Source: Sphyrna mokarran (lineage: Eukaryota). Taken from it: a DNA stretch of 64,000 nt. Under the pieces are notes generated by a model. It was not told the DNA's origin, searched no databases, and saw nothing but the letters and a program-made list of their open reading frames with translations. Below are positions 12,870-26,585 of the stretch, piece after piece. The first letter of the stretch is position 1. Each line of letters starts with the position of its first letter. Location of the stretch: contig JAGIQG010000009.1 of assembly GCA_024679065.1 (NCBI GenBank), forward strand, positions 100,688,001 through 100,752,000, read 5' to 3'. The position numbers were made by a program, and so were the translations under genes.

Positions 12870-15660
12870 GACACTCAGACAAGTAAGGAAGTACGGAGAT
12901 TTACAGGTGAAAGTGAAAGGAAATGGTCCCAAGCCCCTCCTCTCCAGATTATTCCTCACAAATTTTTGATCTCTGGGAAACAAGATAGACAGACTTTGTC
13001 TGTCTCGCTTTTCAAATGGAACTAAGAGTTGCAATTTAACCTGTTTCAAGTAGACATGGTTAATGATGCTTCACTGGACAGTGCCTTACCCAGAGAGGAC
13101 TTTTCCATCCACAAAGTGGGCAGTACTGTAGCCTTACGCAAGGCTAAGTGTTGTGGGGTCTGCCTACCAATCAACGCTAATTTATGCCTAAAAAGTAGTA
13201 ATTAAAGAGTCACTGGTCTCTGCTCCTGGAATACCTGATGTTGAAATTGCACCAATTCTGCTTTGCATGACAGTTCTCCTCACTTGTCCTGAGAGCAAGT
13301 TACAGGCCACCGATGTGAAGGTGAAGACAGCGTTGGTCGAAATCTGTTCTAATACAAATAGCCCTGAGACAAAACATCCCGAGGACGTGTACATCGTGGC
13401 CGGCGACGTCAGCGAGGCCAAACTTAAGAGTGCCTACCAAGATAATATGAACGTTTCCTGTTCCAGCAAAGGCCCAAATATCCCAGATCACAGCTGCACA
13501 AACAGCAGAAATGCTTACTGTTCCATCATCCGCCACAAGTTGTGAATCAGATTGAAAAGTTGTGTTCCTGTTCTGGGCATCGAGGCAAATATTGAAAAGG
13601 GAGAATCCGACAAAGAAAGTCGTGCAATGTCGGTCTGAGGAATTGGCTGATTTTCTACGGGACTGCTTTGAGTCTGTAAAGTTGTCATTATTTATGAACT
13701 CAGTGATCACCCAGATTGAGTCTGTCATTAGAGTAATAAACTTAATTAGTAACTGCATAGAAGACTGTGTGCGAAAGAAGCCAGCCCATGTGTTCTCCCA
13801 TCAGAAACCATGAACGAACAAAGATCTCTGGTGATTGCTGAAATCCAGGTATGAGTCGTTCAACTCAGGTCGTCTTTCCTTATGCAAGACATCCAGAGAT
13901 GATCGACAGTAAACTATCGAAGATACGTGAGACATCAACAGTACAAGCTATAATCCTTTGTTAATCGAATGGACTCTTACCGACTATGGCAAAGTCGGCA
14001 AGGCAAAACATGCTGCAAGGTAGCAGCATGAAGAATTGTAGATAGCAATTTATCCCACCCAAGTCAACAGGGTAGTACCGTCCACTCCAGAAGGCTTGGC
14101 AAAGCAATGCATGATGTCAACATTGCAGAACGACAGTGAGCCTTTTCGAAATTCAACCAACAAGCCATTGCAGTGGATGGAGTGCCGAGATAAAAACGCA
14201 GACTCCCATGGACCAGCCGATGGGCGTGTTCAGAGAAATGTTTAACCATCCTTTTTTTTCTGATCGCAGGTCACAGGCTAATTAACAATAGGGTCAGCCC
14301 TGAAGAATAGCCCTGTACTAAAAAAAAAATCCAGGCAGCGTGCCTTAATTATTATTGCACTGTGGCTCTGACGCACATCATTATGAAGTATTACAAAAGT
14401 TTCTTTCTGGTTCGGGTCAATTGTGGCCTTGCAGATTCCCTGGACCCTGCAGAGTTCACCTATAGCTACGTTACTTTCAAAGGGAAATCTCCATTGCAAT
14501 CATGGATCAACTTCGGAAAGAAGACTTTTTTTTCAAAAATTCCAATCATCTCTCATATTGACTACACCTCAGCTTCCAATGGCATCATTCCTACAAAACA
14601 CATCGCCAAACTCCGGGGCCTTGGGATCGGGCCCTCCTCCTAAAACTCGATTCAATACTTTCTAATCCACAAAACACAATCAGTGAGGATTGGCAGAAAA
14701 AGACATCTCCTCCATAAACGTCCTCAGCACTGATGGCTGGCAAGTCTATATCTTCATCCCGTTACCATATTCCTTGTACTCCCACAACTATCCAGTCAAA
14801 TTCCCCTCCAACTCGATTATCAAGTTTGTTGATTGCACCACTACGGAGAGTCAAATCTCAAACATCAATAGCTTGCACTACAGGAAGGAGGTAGAAAATC
14901 TGGTGATGACAATAACGTGTATGTTAATATCAGTGAAATAAAGGAATACCCATCGACTTTAGAATGCGTAGTGTGGGGTATGCCCCTGTATACGTCTACG
15001 AGGGTGAATTGGAAATGGGAGACAACTTCAAGTTTCTAATTGCTCATTTCATCAACATCCTGTCTGGTCCCTCCACACTTACGCTGTACAAAGAATGCCC
15101 ACCATCCTCTCTAAGTTCTCAGGAGGCTAAGGAAATTCCACATGTCTGTCACGGTTCTCATCAATTGCTGCACTGCACCAGATAAAGTATTATTTCTGGT
15201 TCTATCATAGTTTGGTTCCTGCTCTTTCCAAGTCTAGGAGCAACTTCAAAGAGTCCTGAACGAAGTCCACTCCATCACGCAAAATGGCGCCCCATCATTG
15301 ACATTGTCAACATTTTGTGCTGCAATAGAAAAGCAGCCAGCATAATAAAGTACCGAACGGACCCGAGAAAATCTCTCGTTCAAACTGTTTAGTCGGGGAA
15401 AAATGTACAAGTACCTGAAGCCACATAGAAACCTATGAACAACTTCAAGAACAGCTTCTTCTCGGCTGGCATCAGAGTTTTGATTAGATCTACTTCGATT
15501 AAATTGATCTTTTTTTCTAGACATTAGCATTAAAACTTAATTCTCCACATTCACGTTTCCTTATGAATCATTGTTTTGCTTTGTCAATATACCATACGAG
15601 AAATAATGCTTTCCACTAATATTAACACACCTGACAATAATAAATCTGATCATTCAAGTC
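12870..15660 (+). mobile_element. Rex1/Babar-clade LINE, near full-length, decayed (AP endonuclease + RT)
   Basis: N-terminal LQVKVK..PKPLLSRLFLTNF*SLGNKIDRL; ETKHPEDVYIVAGDV (GDFN-like); LRDCFESV; VALTHIIMKYYK; IIKFVDCTT (KFADDTT-like); tail aataataaatc near 15640. Confidence 0.88.
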
Positions 15661-16439
15661 AACTTCATGGAACTGATATTCGTCACTTTTCTGCCTCGAA
15701 ATAATAATGGACGTCTCTATAGCCTGCATACTATATATGATGAGATGAAACATCACAAAATTTAAAGCTTCTTTTCCCGAGCTCTTCCCTCAATTGCTTA
15801 TGTTGCTGTTGATTTTTGTTTTCATGAGTTTAAACTTGTGAAATGATATTCCAGTGTGGCTTCATTATTTTATTCTCTTCACTGTGGTACATTCAAGGTT
15901 CTGTATGCTTTAAATTGTTTGAATGCTTTCAAAAGATGAATACTGTACGAATAAAAAATATTCCCTATTCGAGACTCAGTGGTGCACCGCTCGAGAGGTG
16001 CCTGGCCATCAGCCGCAAAGTAAAATTACTTTACCTGAATTCAGCACAATTTGAATGCACACTATGTTGAGTATTGCGGCCCATCTATGACGCCAACAAC
16101 GAATACCTTGCTTTGTTGGACATCAGAACCAGGTCAGAACAATATTAGTGCAAAAAAGGATTCAAATCAACAGAACACGCCCATACACTATCTCCGAGTG
16201 GCTACGTCATTACGGTGAATTTCCCCAACTTCGTCAGCAGTGCCTCTACATTCTCCTTTTCGGATAAAGATCCACCTCTTCCTTTAAAACTTGAACTGAT
16301 CTTACATCCACTAAACTATCTTGGAAAATTTTGCTGGCGTTCATGCCCACTTTCTACCTACTAACCATTACATAATTCCTGTCACTGACATGATAACTGA
16401 TTTCCACATGTTCATGCAGTAATATAATACAATTTTAGT

Positions 16440-16745
16440 TCCCTTGCAAAACACGGAGGGGCACTGTCGTGCTGTTGCTTCAGAGCGCCAGAAACCTGGT
16501 TTCGACACTAGACTTGGGCCAATGGCTGGGCAGATTCTACACATTTTACCCGCATCTGCATATCTTTCCTCCGAGCTGTCTAGTTTCCTCCTGCAAATTC
16601 GAAAGGCGTGATGATTTGGTATATTGGTCATGTTACTTTTTCCCTCAGTATGGCCAAACAGGCGAGAGGATTTCCACAGAAATTTCATTGTATGGTTAAT
16701 GTAAGCCTGCTATTCACACTAATTGATGAACCTTAAAGCAATAAA
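16440..16745 (+). mobile_element. Decayed V-SINE-like tRNA-derived SINE
   Basis: tgctgttgcttcagagcgccagaaacctggtttcga head; tail tttccacagaaatttcattgtatggttaatgtaagcct similar in type to the copy at 37620-37905. Confidence 0.6.
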
Positions 16746-16902
16746 AGTCACTAAATATTTCTGATTCGTTTCTGGCCTATGTAATACCGTGCTCTGTGCT
16801 TATTTTCACCTCACATTCGCAGAAAGAAACAAAGATCTTCAACCAGTTGGGGGGGGGGGGTGGTTGGGTGGCGAGGTACACCCTTTCCAGTAATGCATTA
16901 TT

Positions 16903-17229
16903 TAGAAAATCTTACATTCGTACAGTACAGAAGAAGGCCATTTGGCCCATCGGATCTGCAGTGATCACAATCCCACCCACATTCTACCCTCATAATCCAA
17001 TTTATTTGCCCTAGCTACTCGCCTTGTCACTAAGGGACAATTTAGCATGGTAACCCACCAAATCCACACATCTTTGGACTATTGCAGGAAACTGGTGCAC
17101 CCGGGGGAGACCAGACAGACACTGGGTGAGCGTAGCAACTCCAAACAGATATTGACCTAAAGCCTGAAATTGTTCCTGATCCGTGACCTGGGAGACAGCA
17201 CTGATAACAACTATGTCACCGTGCCGCCC
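16903..17229 (-). mobile_element. HE1/V-SINE-like SINE
   Basis: Minus strand begins ggcggcacggtg, contains the ccatgctaaattgtcccttagtg core, and ends in a CR1-derived tail (atgggccaaatggccttcttctgtactgta). Confidence 0.85.
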
Positions 17230-18210
17230 CAATGCTATTAACATCATCAAAACTTTATTTAATATCCCAAATTTCCTGAACGTGTAGAACCAAGGGATTC
17301 GAAGTTTTGTATTTCGATGACTCATTCATTTTATAGGGAAAACATGCAATTTGCACTTGATATTATGAACCTCTATTAACTAGTCAGTTTTGGCACCCTT
17401 TCCTTAACAATCTGAAACCTTATATTAACTTTCGTTTCTCTCTTTGGCATTACATTGCTGTCACTGCTGAATTCCGTCTGATATTAACTTCTGGATGAGT
17501 GAACCTGTGAGTTTAAGCCAACAATTATGGTATGTTCTCATTCTATTTTGATAAAAACAGTTAGCACTGCTCAACTCAGATTTTTCGAAGAACGGGTCCA
17601 CAATTTCGCAGAAATCTGCTACCATCGCTCGCAAACCAAGGTTCCTGCCAGAGATTAATTGTCGAACATATTCATTTCTTTTTTCGCTCATAATGCTTGG
17701 AGGAATGTCGAGATTCCAGTTTATAATGCATTTATGTGCAATTATCCAGCATTCCTCTTAAATTCACACTTCAGAAGAACAGCCCACTTTCTGTTTCTGT
17801 ATTCATTCCCAGTGCATGCCTACTCTGCCAATTGATCATTATTCCCAATGTATATCTCCCCTGCCGATCGATCAGGCTTACCATCAGAGTGCACTGTAAT
17901 ATTCAATGATATCTTTTAACTGGCACCTCGGTTAGAACGTATTGTTATCGGTTTATATTTTGTGACTACGGAAGCCTGCCTAATGCCAAAACTATCAAAT
18001 TTCTTATCACTGCTCCTCTTCCAGTCTCCCATTATAGCTGCAGCAGCACTTCTGCCATGATGCTTTCCTCTCTCAGATGAACGCGATGCATCCCCCTACG
18101 GTCTGCACTGTTCGGAAGAAGAGAAAAAAAATCATATGATTCTGGATGTCTTAAATAGAACCGAGAGAGATGCCGTCATGCTACAGGCGGGAAACAACTA
18201 TAACTACCAA

Positions 18211-18520
18211 GGCGGCATGGTGGAATAACATTTACCACTCTTGCCTCACAAAGCCAGGGACCCGGATTCAAATACGGCCTGCGTCACTGCCCGTGATGTA
18301 TTCTCCCCATACCTCTGTGTGTTTTCTCTCCTTTGGTTTCCTCCCACAATCTAAAAATAAGCCGTTTATTTTGATTGGCTATGCTTAATTGACTCTCCTG
18401 TCAGAGGGATCAGCAGGGTACATAATGTGGTGTTACTGGAATAGTGTTTGAGTGGGATTTTGGTCGGTGCAGACTCGTTGGACCGAATGGCTTCCTTCTG
18501 CATATCGCAATTCAATGATT
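18211..18520 (+). mobile_element. HE1/V-SINE-like SINE
   Basis: ggcggcatggtgg...gcctcacaaagccagggacccggattcaa head, ggtttcctcccaca core, gtcggtgcagactcgttggaccgaatggcttccttctgca tail. Confidence 0.85.
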
Positions 18521-19029
18521 TACCAGGGGTTGACACTGTCATTTGAAAATAATAAGGATGAGCATTGTGCATAACGTTACAAATCGAGGGAGAAAGAATC
18601 TTTCCGCACTGCTCAAACCAGTACTTATTCAAAAGTTAATTTTAGGTACTGGAATTCTGGCGTACAATAAAGCAAGTAAAAAGCCCATGTGCTGCTACAC
18701 ACCCACGCCTATGTGATGGAATAGGGATTTAACTAAATAACGAATATCGCTTGGAATTGAGGAGTACTTCGAATTGCTGCTGCTTCGTATCTTCCCGCCA
18801 ATCCCTCCACCCACACTGCCGGGCTGTCAATGATGTTGGTTTGAAGTGCAGAGTTCAGCAGAGGGGCGTCGTTGCTTCGCTTTGCAGTTTGCAGATGTAA
18901 CACATTGGAATCATAGGCGTGTTCTGTTCCACGGAATTAAATTTGAAGTAAGCAACCGGTACTCTGAATGGAGTATTGCTATCTCGACTAGTAATGCATA
19001 TCTAACCATTAGAGTTTCACCTGTCAACT

Positions 19030-19410
19030 GTTGACACTGTGATTTGCAGGACAAAAGTAGACAATGCTACGAACAGTAAACGCGGTACATCGGGCAAAGT
19101 GCAGTCAAATTAATTGAATTGGAAATCACTATATTGGGAAATATTATTTGACGGAAACTATACAGCCGGCGCCAAAATTCCGTTTAAAGTTGATTCGGCA
19201 ATGGTGAGGAACACATCGAATGCTCAGCTACTTCCAGCAAGATGTATAGCTTCCTTGTAGTTTAAGAAGTGCACTCAAGTTGCACAACATACCCACAGCT
19301 TACTTCCCGTGTCTTGATTTTGCCAGCGATGATATAGACGGAATTTGTAGATAAAATTCAATACATTTAGCTGGCACTATTTGAGGATATGAGATGCAGT
19401 GTTACAAACG
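19030..19410 (+). mobile_element. Very old CR1-like fragment
   Basis: Faint similarity to the CR1 segment downstream of RT (gtgcagtcaaattaattgaattggaaatcactatattggga; ttagctggcactatttgaggat). Confidence 0.4.
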
Positions 19411-21879
19411 CTGCGGAAGCAAATGAAAGTATTGTAATTTCAAACATTCGCGGGGTCGGGGGCACTGTGGTCTGCAACTAGTGCAAACGAACTTCATGCA
19501 AATATATTAGTCCCAGGATGTAAACGAACAAATACATATATATAATTATTAAAACCATATTTTCCCACCACTGGTCAGATGACGACGTAAATGTCTCGCC
19601 ATAAATTCCCACACAGATATTTCTTACTTCACACAGTACATGATAAAGAAGATTCTGCAACCATGCCCTCGCATTCGGATTCTATAATATTGTTCCCAGT
19701 TTCATGAATTTGACATTATAGTATTTCAACACACTTACATTCTACAAATCTTACCTATCAGTGGAATGGAAGATCTTAAAGTTTCCAGTTCTGTAGGAGA
19801 GATTTTTTTTTTCAGCAAACTCCATTTCCGCTGGGATTGAATCACAATTTAAGTTATACCTACGACTAAACATTCATTTTTAAACAAAAAAAATGCACTG
19901 CCCACCATCTCAATAATTGAGATTTTTAAATGGAAATCTTGTTCTGTTCCCAAATATCTTTCTAGTCAAAAGGATGTTTTGGGGAGACACCAGTTTGTAG
20001 GTACATACAATGATATATTCAATTACAGGTGATCACCGGCTCTGAATATCGTCACTTTTTCTTTCCAATTAAAATAAACGATGTTAAAATAGGCTACTTC
20101 TATTGATCAATGTAAGCATATGTACTACTGATTGCTTCAGTGTTCTTTTGTCAGATGTAGAAAAAAAGACAGCCTTCGTTATACACTTTTTCTTGGTCTC
20201 CACCTGTTTCAAATGACAACCAAACAGTTTCTGGAAAGGACACGTTCCCGAATTAAATGAGTAAATTCTGAAACAGAGTATGTGCCATTCTCTAAATGTA
20301 GAGAATGCCAATTGGCGTTCAGTCATCGCACTCTATCCCGAATATCATTGACGCTTTCTCATAAAGAATGAATAATATAATCTATAACAAGTTTGCTTGC
20401 AAATATTGAACAGACTGTTTAAAGCCTCACTAACATATTCAATACTAATGTTTTAATTAGGCACACTTTTTCTTCACAGTCAAAGAATATGACAGCCACG
20501 AAGAGGATATTGAAAGCATGTCGAACGAAGGAACACATTTCCGTATTCACTTTGGGGCAAGAGCAACAAATTGATGCAATTCCGTGGTTTCCTGTTTCGG
20601 AGAGCACTTGAAATTTCCACAGACTATCAAGATCTTGAAGGCACCAGTCGCGTGGATCAGTTACGTATCGTCGCTAAACGAGATGAGGGAAAACAAATGT
20701 GTAGAGCGGAGTTGGAATTTGGGAAAATCAAATGCACATTACAGTCACTATAGGTGGATTACAATCTTGATCATATTTACTAATGAAGATGAATTAATTT
20801 CCACATGAATGCGGTAAATTAGACTTCCAACAGAGAGAGTTTGCAGGCCAATAACGCACCGCAATGCTACAGGCCAGGGATGTGATGTACTATGTTCAAT
20901 TTGATCCCAACGGATTTGCAAAAAAAAAAATACACATGACACAAAACAAAAGAGCTGGACCATTTAACCGGCTAACTATTCGCTCTGACCCACATTGGGA
21001 CACAGTAACAAAAGCCGGTCCTGCCAAATAAAAACAGCTGTAAAAATCCTCATGATGATGATTTGGAAATATTTTAAAGGCTTGTGATTTACATTTTTTT
21101 TTTACAAAAGGCCTGAAGATGCATAGTTTTAGCAATACTTACTATCCATGGTGAAATGCATACGTCATGGTGACTTAGAAATATTTAGTTCCTTCTTCAT
21201 TGCCCGTGGAACAATTTTGCAACTGTTTTCTACTGGTCCTCAATAATAACTCATTCCCATCCTCTGAAGTTTAGTTCAAGTTTGGAAAAAATTGTTGGAC
21301 TTTGCGGTCATGAACTCCCAACCCACGAGAAAAATGTGAATTCCAATAAGGGTGTCGCACTAGTAATCTATTCCTAAATTATCATGCAGGCAGAAAATTG
21401 AATATCATTTTAGGTATATTGGGACGAAGTGAGATAGTATGTATTGCCTGTTAAATATTCGTCGTGTCGAAGAATCGATTTCAATGAATGCAAGTGAATG
21501 CAACTTCCTAGCACAGAGACTGCCTGAAATAAAGTCACCCATTTTATGTTGTTTCATGAGTGTAATGACTATTGCAGTATTCAACGCGACAACTTGAAAT
21601 TTTAATGAGAATACTGCCCATATTGGAAGGACGATTTGATTCACAGAGATAGTCTTTAATATTATCAAGGTAGCCATTAAAAGACCGAGTTTCCCAAATG
21701 ACACACTCAGTATTTTTTGTTGTTAATAAGATTACGTCTCAAATCTTTATTTACTTACTGCACTTTCCTCTTCTTGATTACACTTTCCTTGATTACACCA
21801 TGATTTCCAAAGTCCTTCTCCCATCTCTCCTTTGATTCCACTTAGTGTCTGCTTTTTTTAGAGTCTTTGAAGTTTCCAA

Positions 21880-23365
21880 CAGGCCCTTTGGCTAAATTTA
21901 TCCATGACATCCTTTATTAAAAGTGCGAAGCTCGTCCCAACTGCCCACGTTTGGCACGTATCCCTCAAATCCATTGTACCCATGTAATTTTCCAAACGTT
22001 TAAGACTAAAATTGTAACCGTCCAACTATTATTTCTAACAGATTGTTCCAGACACGCTACGTGTGAAATAATTCTTTCACTGGACTCTTTTTTTTCTCCC
22101 TTCTTACCGTAATCCTATGCCGTTAATTGCTTGATTCCATTACTTTTGGGAAAAGGATATTGACTACGTAACTGATCATTTCCTTTCATTATTTCATAGA
22201 GCTCAATAACTTTACCACTCTACATTTTACGCTCCAGAAAAAAATGGCCCCAGTCTATTCAGCGTCTCCTTATAACTTAAACAATTAAGTCTAGATAGCA
22301 TCCCAATAATTCTTTCCTGTACTCTTTCTTGTTTACATATATGTTTCATATAATAGGGTGACTTGGAATGCAAAGTATTCCAAGTGTGGCCTTACCAATG
22401 CCTGTTCAAGTTCAACAAGATGTCTGCTCTGACCAAAAAAAAAAGAATTTGAAGGCTTTTTTCACCATTCTGTCCAATGGATTATGAAACGTAATCCTAG
22501 GTTTCTTTGTTCCATAACGCTCCCCAACACCCTACTATTTACTGAGTTAATCTTACCCTGGTTCAGTCTAGCAACATGTATCACCTTGCAATCATCTAAA
22601 TTAAACTCCATCTACCATGTGTCAGCCGTTTGGTATCAAGATCCCATTGTAATCCGAGGTAACCTTCTTCACTCAAATGACACCAGTCATGGTGTCATCT
22701 GCAAACTTACGAACCATTCCTCCGAAATGTTCATTCAAACCATTATATAAATGGCAAATAACAGTGGACTCAACACTGATCCCTGAGGCAAAACGATGGT
22801 CACAGATCTTCAGTTTCAATATCAATCCATTAAAACCACCTTTGTTATTTGCATCAAGTTAGTTTTGAATTTATTTGGCTACCTCACTCTGGATCCCGGG
22901 AGATTTTAGCTGATGCAACAATCTACCATGCAGTACCTTGTCAACGGCCTTGCTAGACTCCACGCAAACAACATCAAATGCACGGCCCTCATCTACCTTC
23001 TCGCTTACTCCTTCAAAGAATTCAATCAATTTTATGAGACATGATTTCACACTCCCAAAGCAAGTGACGGCCCCTAATTAGTCATTTCCTCTCTAAATGC
23101 CTGTCCTCTCTCAGAATGCTTTCCAACAACTTACTCAATATAGACGTGAGGTTCGCCAACCTGTAATTCCCTGTTTTTCTTTTCTCTCTCCCTGCAGCCC
23201 TTTTTAAACAAAGTCAAAACATTTGCCACTTTTCAATCTTCAGGCCTCTTACCTGCGGCTGCCGATGATTCAAATGTATCTGTTTATGGGACCGCAGTTT
23301 CCTCCGTAGCCTGGCGCAATGTCTTAAGATGCACTTCATCATGTCTTGCGGGTTCATCTAACTTG
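21880..23365 (-). mobile_element. CR1 LINE, RT to 3' end, decayed
   Basis: ggtgtcatctgcaaacttacg = minus-strand SKFADDT; caacactgatccctgaggca = PQGSVL; accttgtcaacggccttgct = KAVDKV; tail near 21880. Confidence 0.9.
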
Positions 23366-26300
23366 ATGATCGATCCTTTTTTTTCTTTCCTTATTAACAG
23401 GATTTCCTTAACGATTTTGTGTGGGATTTTTCGAAAAGAATTCTAAGCACCGAATTCGCGTTAAATCTGAGATACATTCTACTCTTTTTCTTCAGCGGGA
23501 TCAACCATACTTCGAGCATCACAGAGTGCCGTCGCGATGTTTGTGGTGAACATCTGTCGCTAGGACCGATTTCTGCTGAAGAGGACAGCTGCATCGCTCT
23601 GAGCATGTGACAGTCTGTCAGTGCCAATTTAGGCGCTTGCACGGTAGCCCGCACTGTGATCTCTCGATTGCTGGCCATCTAATTCACCATGAACTTATAT
23701 CGCTGCAAGTACAAACACCACAGGACCCAGTTGGTGGCCTTTAGGATGTTTCCACGCCTGCCATGAGTCCCCTCCCCGCCAGATTGAATCTCGTCCTTCC
23801 CAGTCCCGATATCCAGGTTGAGCCACCCAACACAGAACTCCCGTCCCACTAACCCCCACCCCCCCCCCTCCCCCTCCCCACTTCCATTGACAGCCACGAC
23901 TCCTATATCGCAGTCCCAACCCCTCCTTGCATTCAGGGCCAAATAATGGTATGGTAATAATTAATGGCATGATTTATTCAGCTCTGCGCCAGTGTATTGT
24001 GTGGAACTGACAGTGGCTAAGATTTAATGTTTGGAAACATGCAGAGACCATGGCTAGCAACCTCCATTTAAGCATCACGATCCGCTGCACTGCTTGAGTT
24101 CTGAGAATCAACCTCTTTTTTAAAAATTTCATTTCCGTCCAGGCGCTGATCATTGGTGTCATTGAAAGATATGTGCTTCGTTCTCTCCTTTTTCAAAACC
24201 TGCTTTATTTTAATATGTCAAACAATAAAATCGCATTTAAAATCAATATATTGGCTTGTGCCTGAAGACAAGCGCTCTAAAAATCCCCGAGACGAAGTCT
24301 CATCACATTTGTCTTTGTGAAGACACGGTTCCTTTAAGATGAGCGGTGTAGACATTTTATCTGCAGTTTTTTTTTTATTTCAGCAGACTTGGAGTGTTCA
24401 ACAGTGTTGCGCTGCGGTCCTGTCATTATTTAGGTCTAATGTATTGCATTAGTGTTTTGCGATCATTGTTCAATTGTCGGGTGGAACATGGTTGACAGGT
24501 TAGATTGGTCATTGGTACATTTGTTTTTTTTTTACCGGGGCAATCGAGGGTTAGGATTCAATATTTGGGAACACGCTTTGTGGTCTGCCGCGTTGAAGCA
24601 GTCTCTTTCTGGAGTGAACATTCTGTTGACGTAAGATGCAGCTATAAGCTAGAGGTGTACAGTATTACTATGTGCATCAACGTATACTGGAAGATTCAGG
24701 ATTAAGAATACCTCCACCTTTCCAATTCAATGTCTTAAGTTGTTAACAAGATCCAGCATCATATGAGCGTACTTGATTTATTTGCCAAGTCTGGAACAGG
24801 GTGTATGTTTGTGGGGCCTGTTGAATTAAAATAGTATGTTTAGCTATCAAGATTTATACAACGTTATGGGTGTGTCTTGCAACTGGTGATTGCTGATTGT
24901 TCCTAATTGTTGATTAGCTGTACTCTTAAGTAAATGTTGGTAAAGTATTTCTAGAGGCTCACTTGCATCACATCTGGAATGATACATCTTACGCTCACCC
25001 GTGTCAAATTCAAGTGCAAAATTTATGGTCAAGATTGACTTTCTAAAACTAGATTCTGTACTTGTTTTGGATCAGAAAATCTATCATGCACTCGTTGCGA
25101 GGCTACCGCAGCCCACTAATTGATAACATTCATCTTCGTTCAAAATACTCGCAATTCATGCGCAATTGCTCCACGAATGCTGGCACACAAAACTTTTGTT
25201 TGGTTTCAATCCTTCAGAAATGGTGTCATTGATTGTCATTTGAACCGCCTAAGCATGTTTTTTTTTCGTAACCCTGCTCCTTTTCGCAACAGGACATTCT
25301 TCTGCAGGAGCACTGAGCATTGTAATTTGCAGCCAAAAGAAACGATTCTTCTTCTTCACTCGTCTCTTCAAAGTCAAAAGAGTAGGAAAGTTTATGCTTG
25401 TGGCATTAGCCGTAATATGATCGTATCTAGTTGACAGAAGTCTGCCACTCATTTCTCTTTTAAATGCGCCGATGCAGGTATATACGTAATGGTGTATTTT
25501 TTTCTGTTTTTTATCGTTCACATTTCTATTTTTAAATCACAAAACAGCGCTGCATTATAATTAAATTACTCAACATGACAGTTTTGAAAGATCACTGGAC
25601 TAATATTGTCCGTCTTAAATGTATAGTTAATTTGATATTTTTTTCCGTCGGTAAACAGATCAACAGTTAAAATTTTCTCCGTTGAAAACTTCCTGTCGAT
25701 GCATCATTTACTTTAATGGAATTCTAACACAAAAAAACACGTTTGTACTGATTTTTTGCCACTTCTATGCATTCATGCATCAAATATCGCGACAGTCACC
25801 TACACATAACGTCGTCGTTTATTGCAGCAGTTAATTAGAACGTTTTTGCATCAGGCTTTTACGATTGAAAGTAAATGAAAAACAGTATTAATCCACATTG
25901 TCCTGCCGAGTTTCAAGCTCTACTTAAAGAAAATTGAACCATTAAGCTTGCCTTGAATTATTCTAAAATTATATTGAACATGCATCATAACAACATTTAA
26001 TACATTAGTATTAGCCTTCCGGGAGGGACTAGGCCCTCCCCCTGAAATTAAATTAGATTCACCTTGCTGGACTCTGAACTATAAAGGTTGCGGGGAATTG
26101 TTATGTGAACGCCCTCTAAAAAGAACGAGAATTGCTTCAGTTTCCGCGACTTCAACACTTAGAACGTTGAGTAGAATTCCGGTCACTCACCATCAACGTC
26201 ACACTTTTCATCCAATTCTAAATATAGAACAAACAGGACAATGCAAAAAGATCATTTGCAACATATTTTCAATGCAGTTATTAATGACTTAAGAGTGAAA

Positions 26301-26514
26301 ATATCCCATTGTATGTCATACTGTTGTATCAATAAGTACAGAAAAAATAGTATACAATGTTGACAAATTAATTCAAAATATTTAGTTGAACTTTAAATTA
26401 TTTTTTTCACCTTCTTGCTTTTGACGCAACTTTTCTTCTGGGAACAAGATCGAATGTTATTGAATATATGTTCAAATTGTTGAGTTTCTAATGCTTAGCA
26501 TGTTGCTAAAATCC

Positions 26515-26585
26515 TATATATATATATATATATATACATGATTTTATATATTTATACATTATATATATATGTAATATATATCAAA
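26515..26585. repeat. (TA)n microsatellite and AT low-complexity tract
   Basis: Directly visible. Confidence 0.9.
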
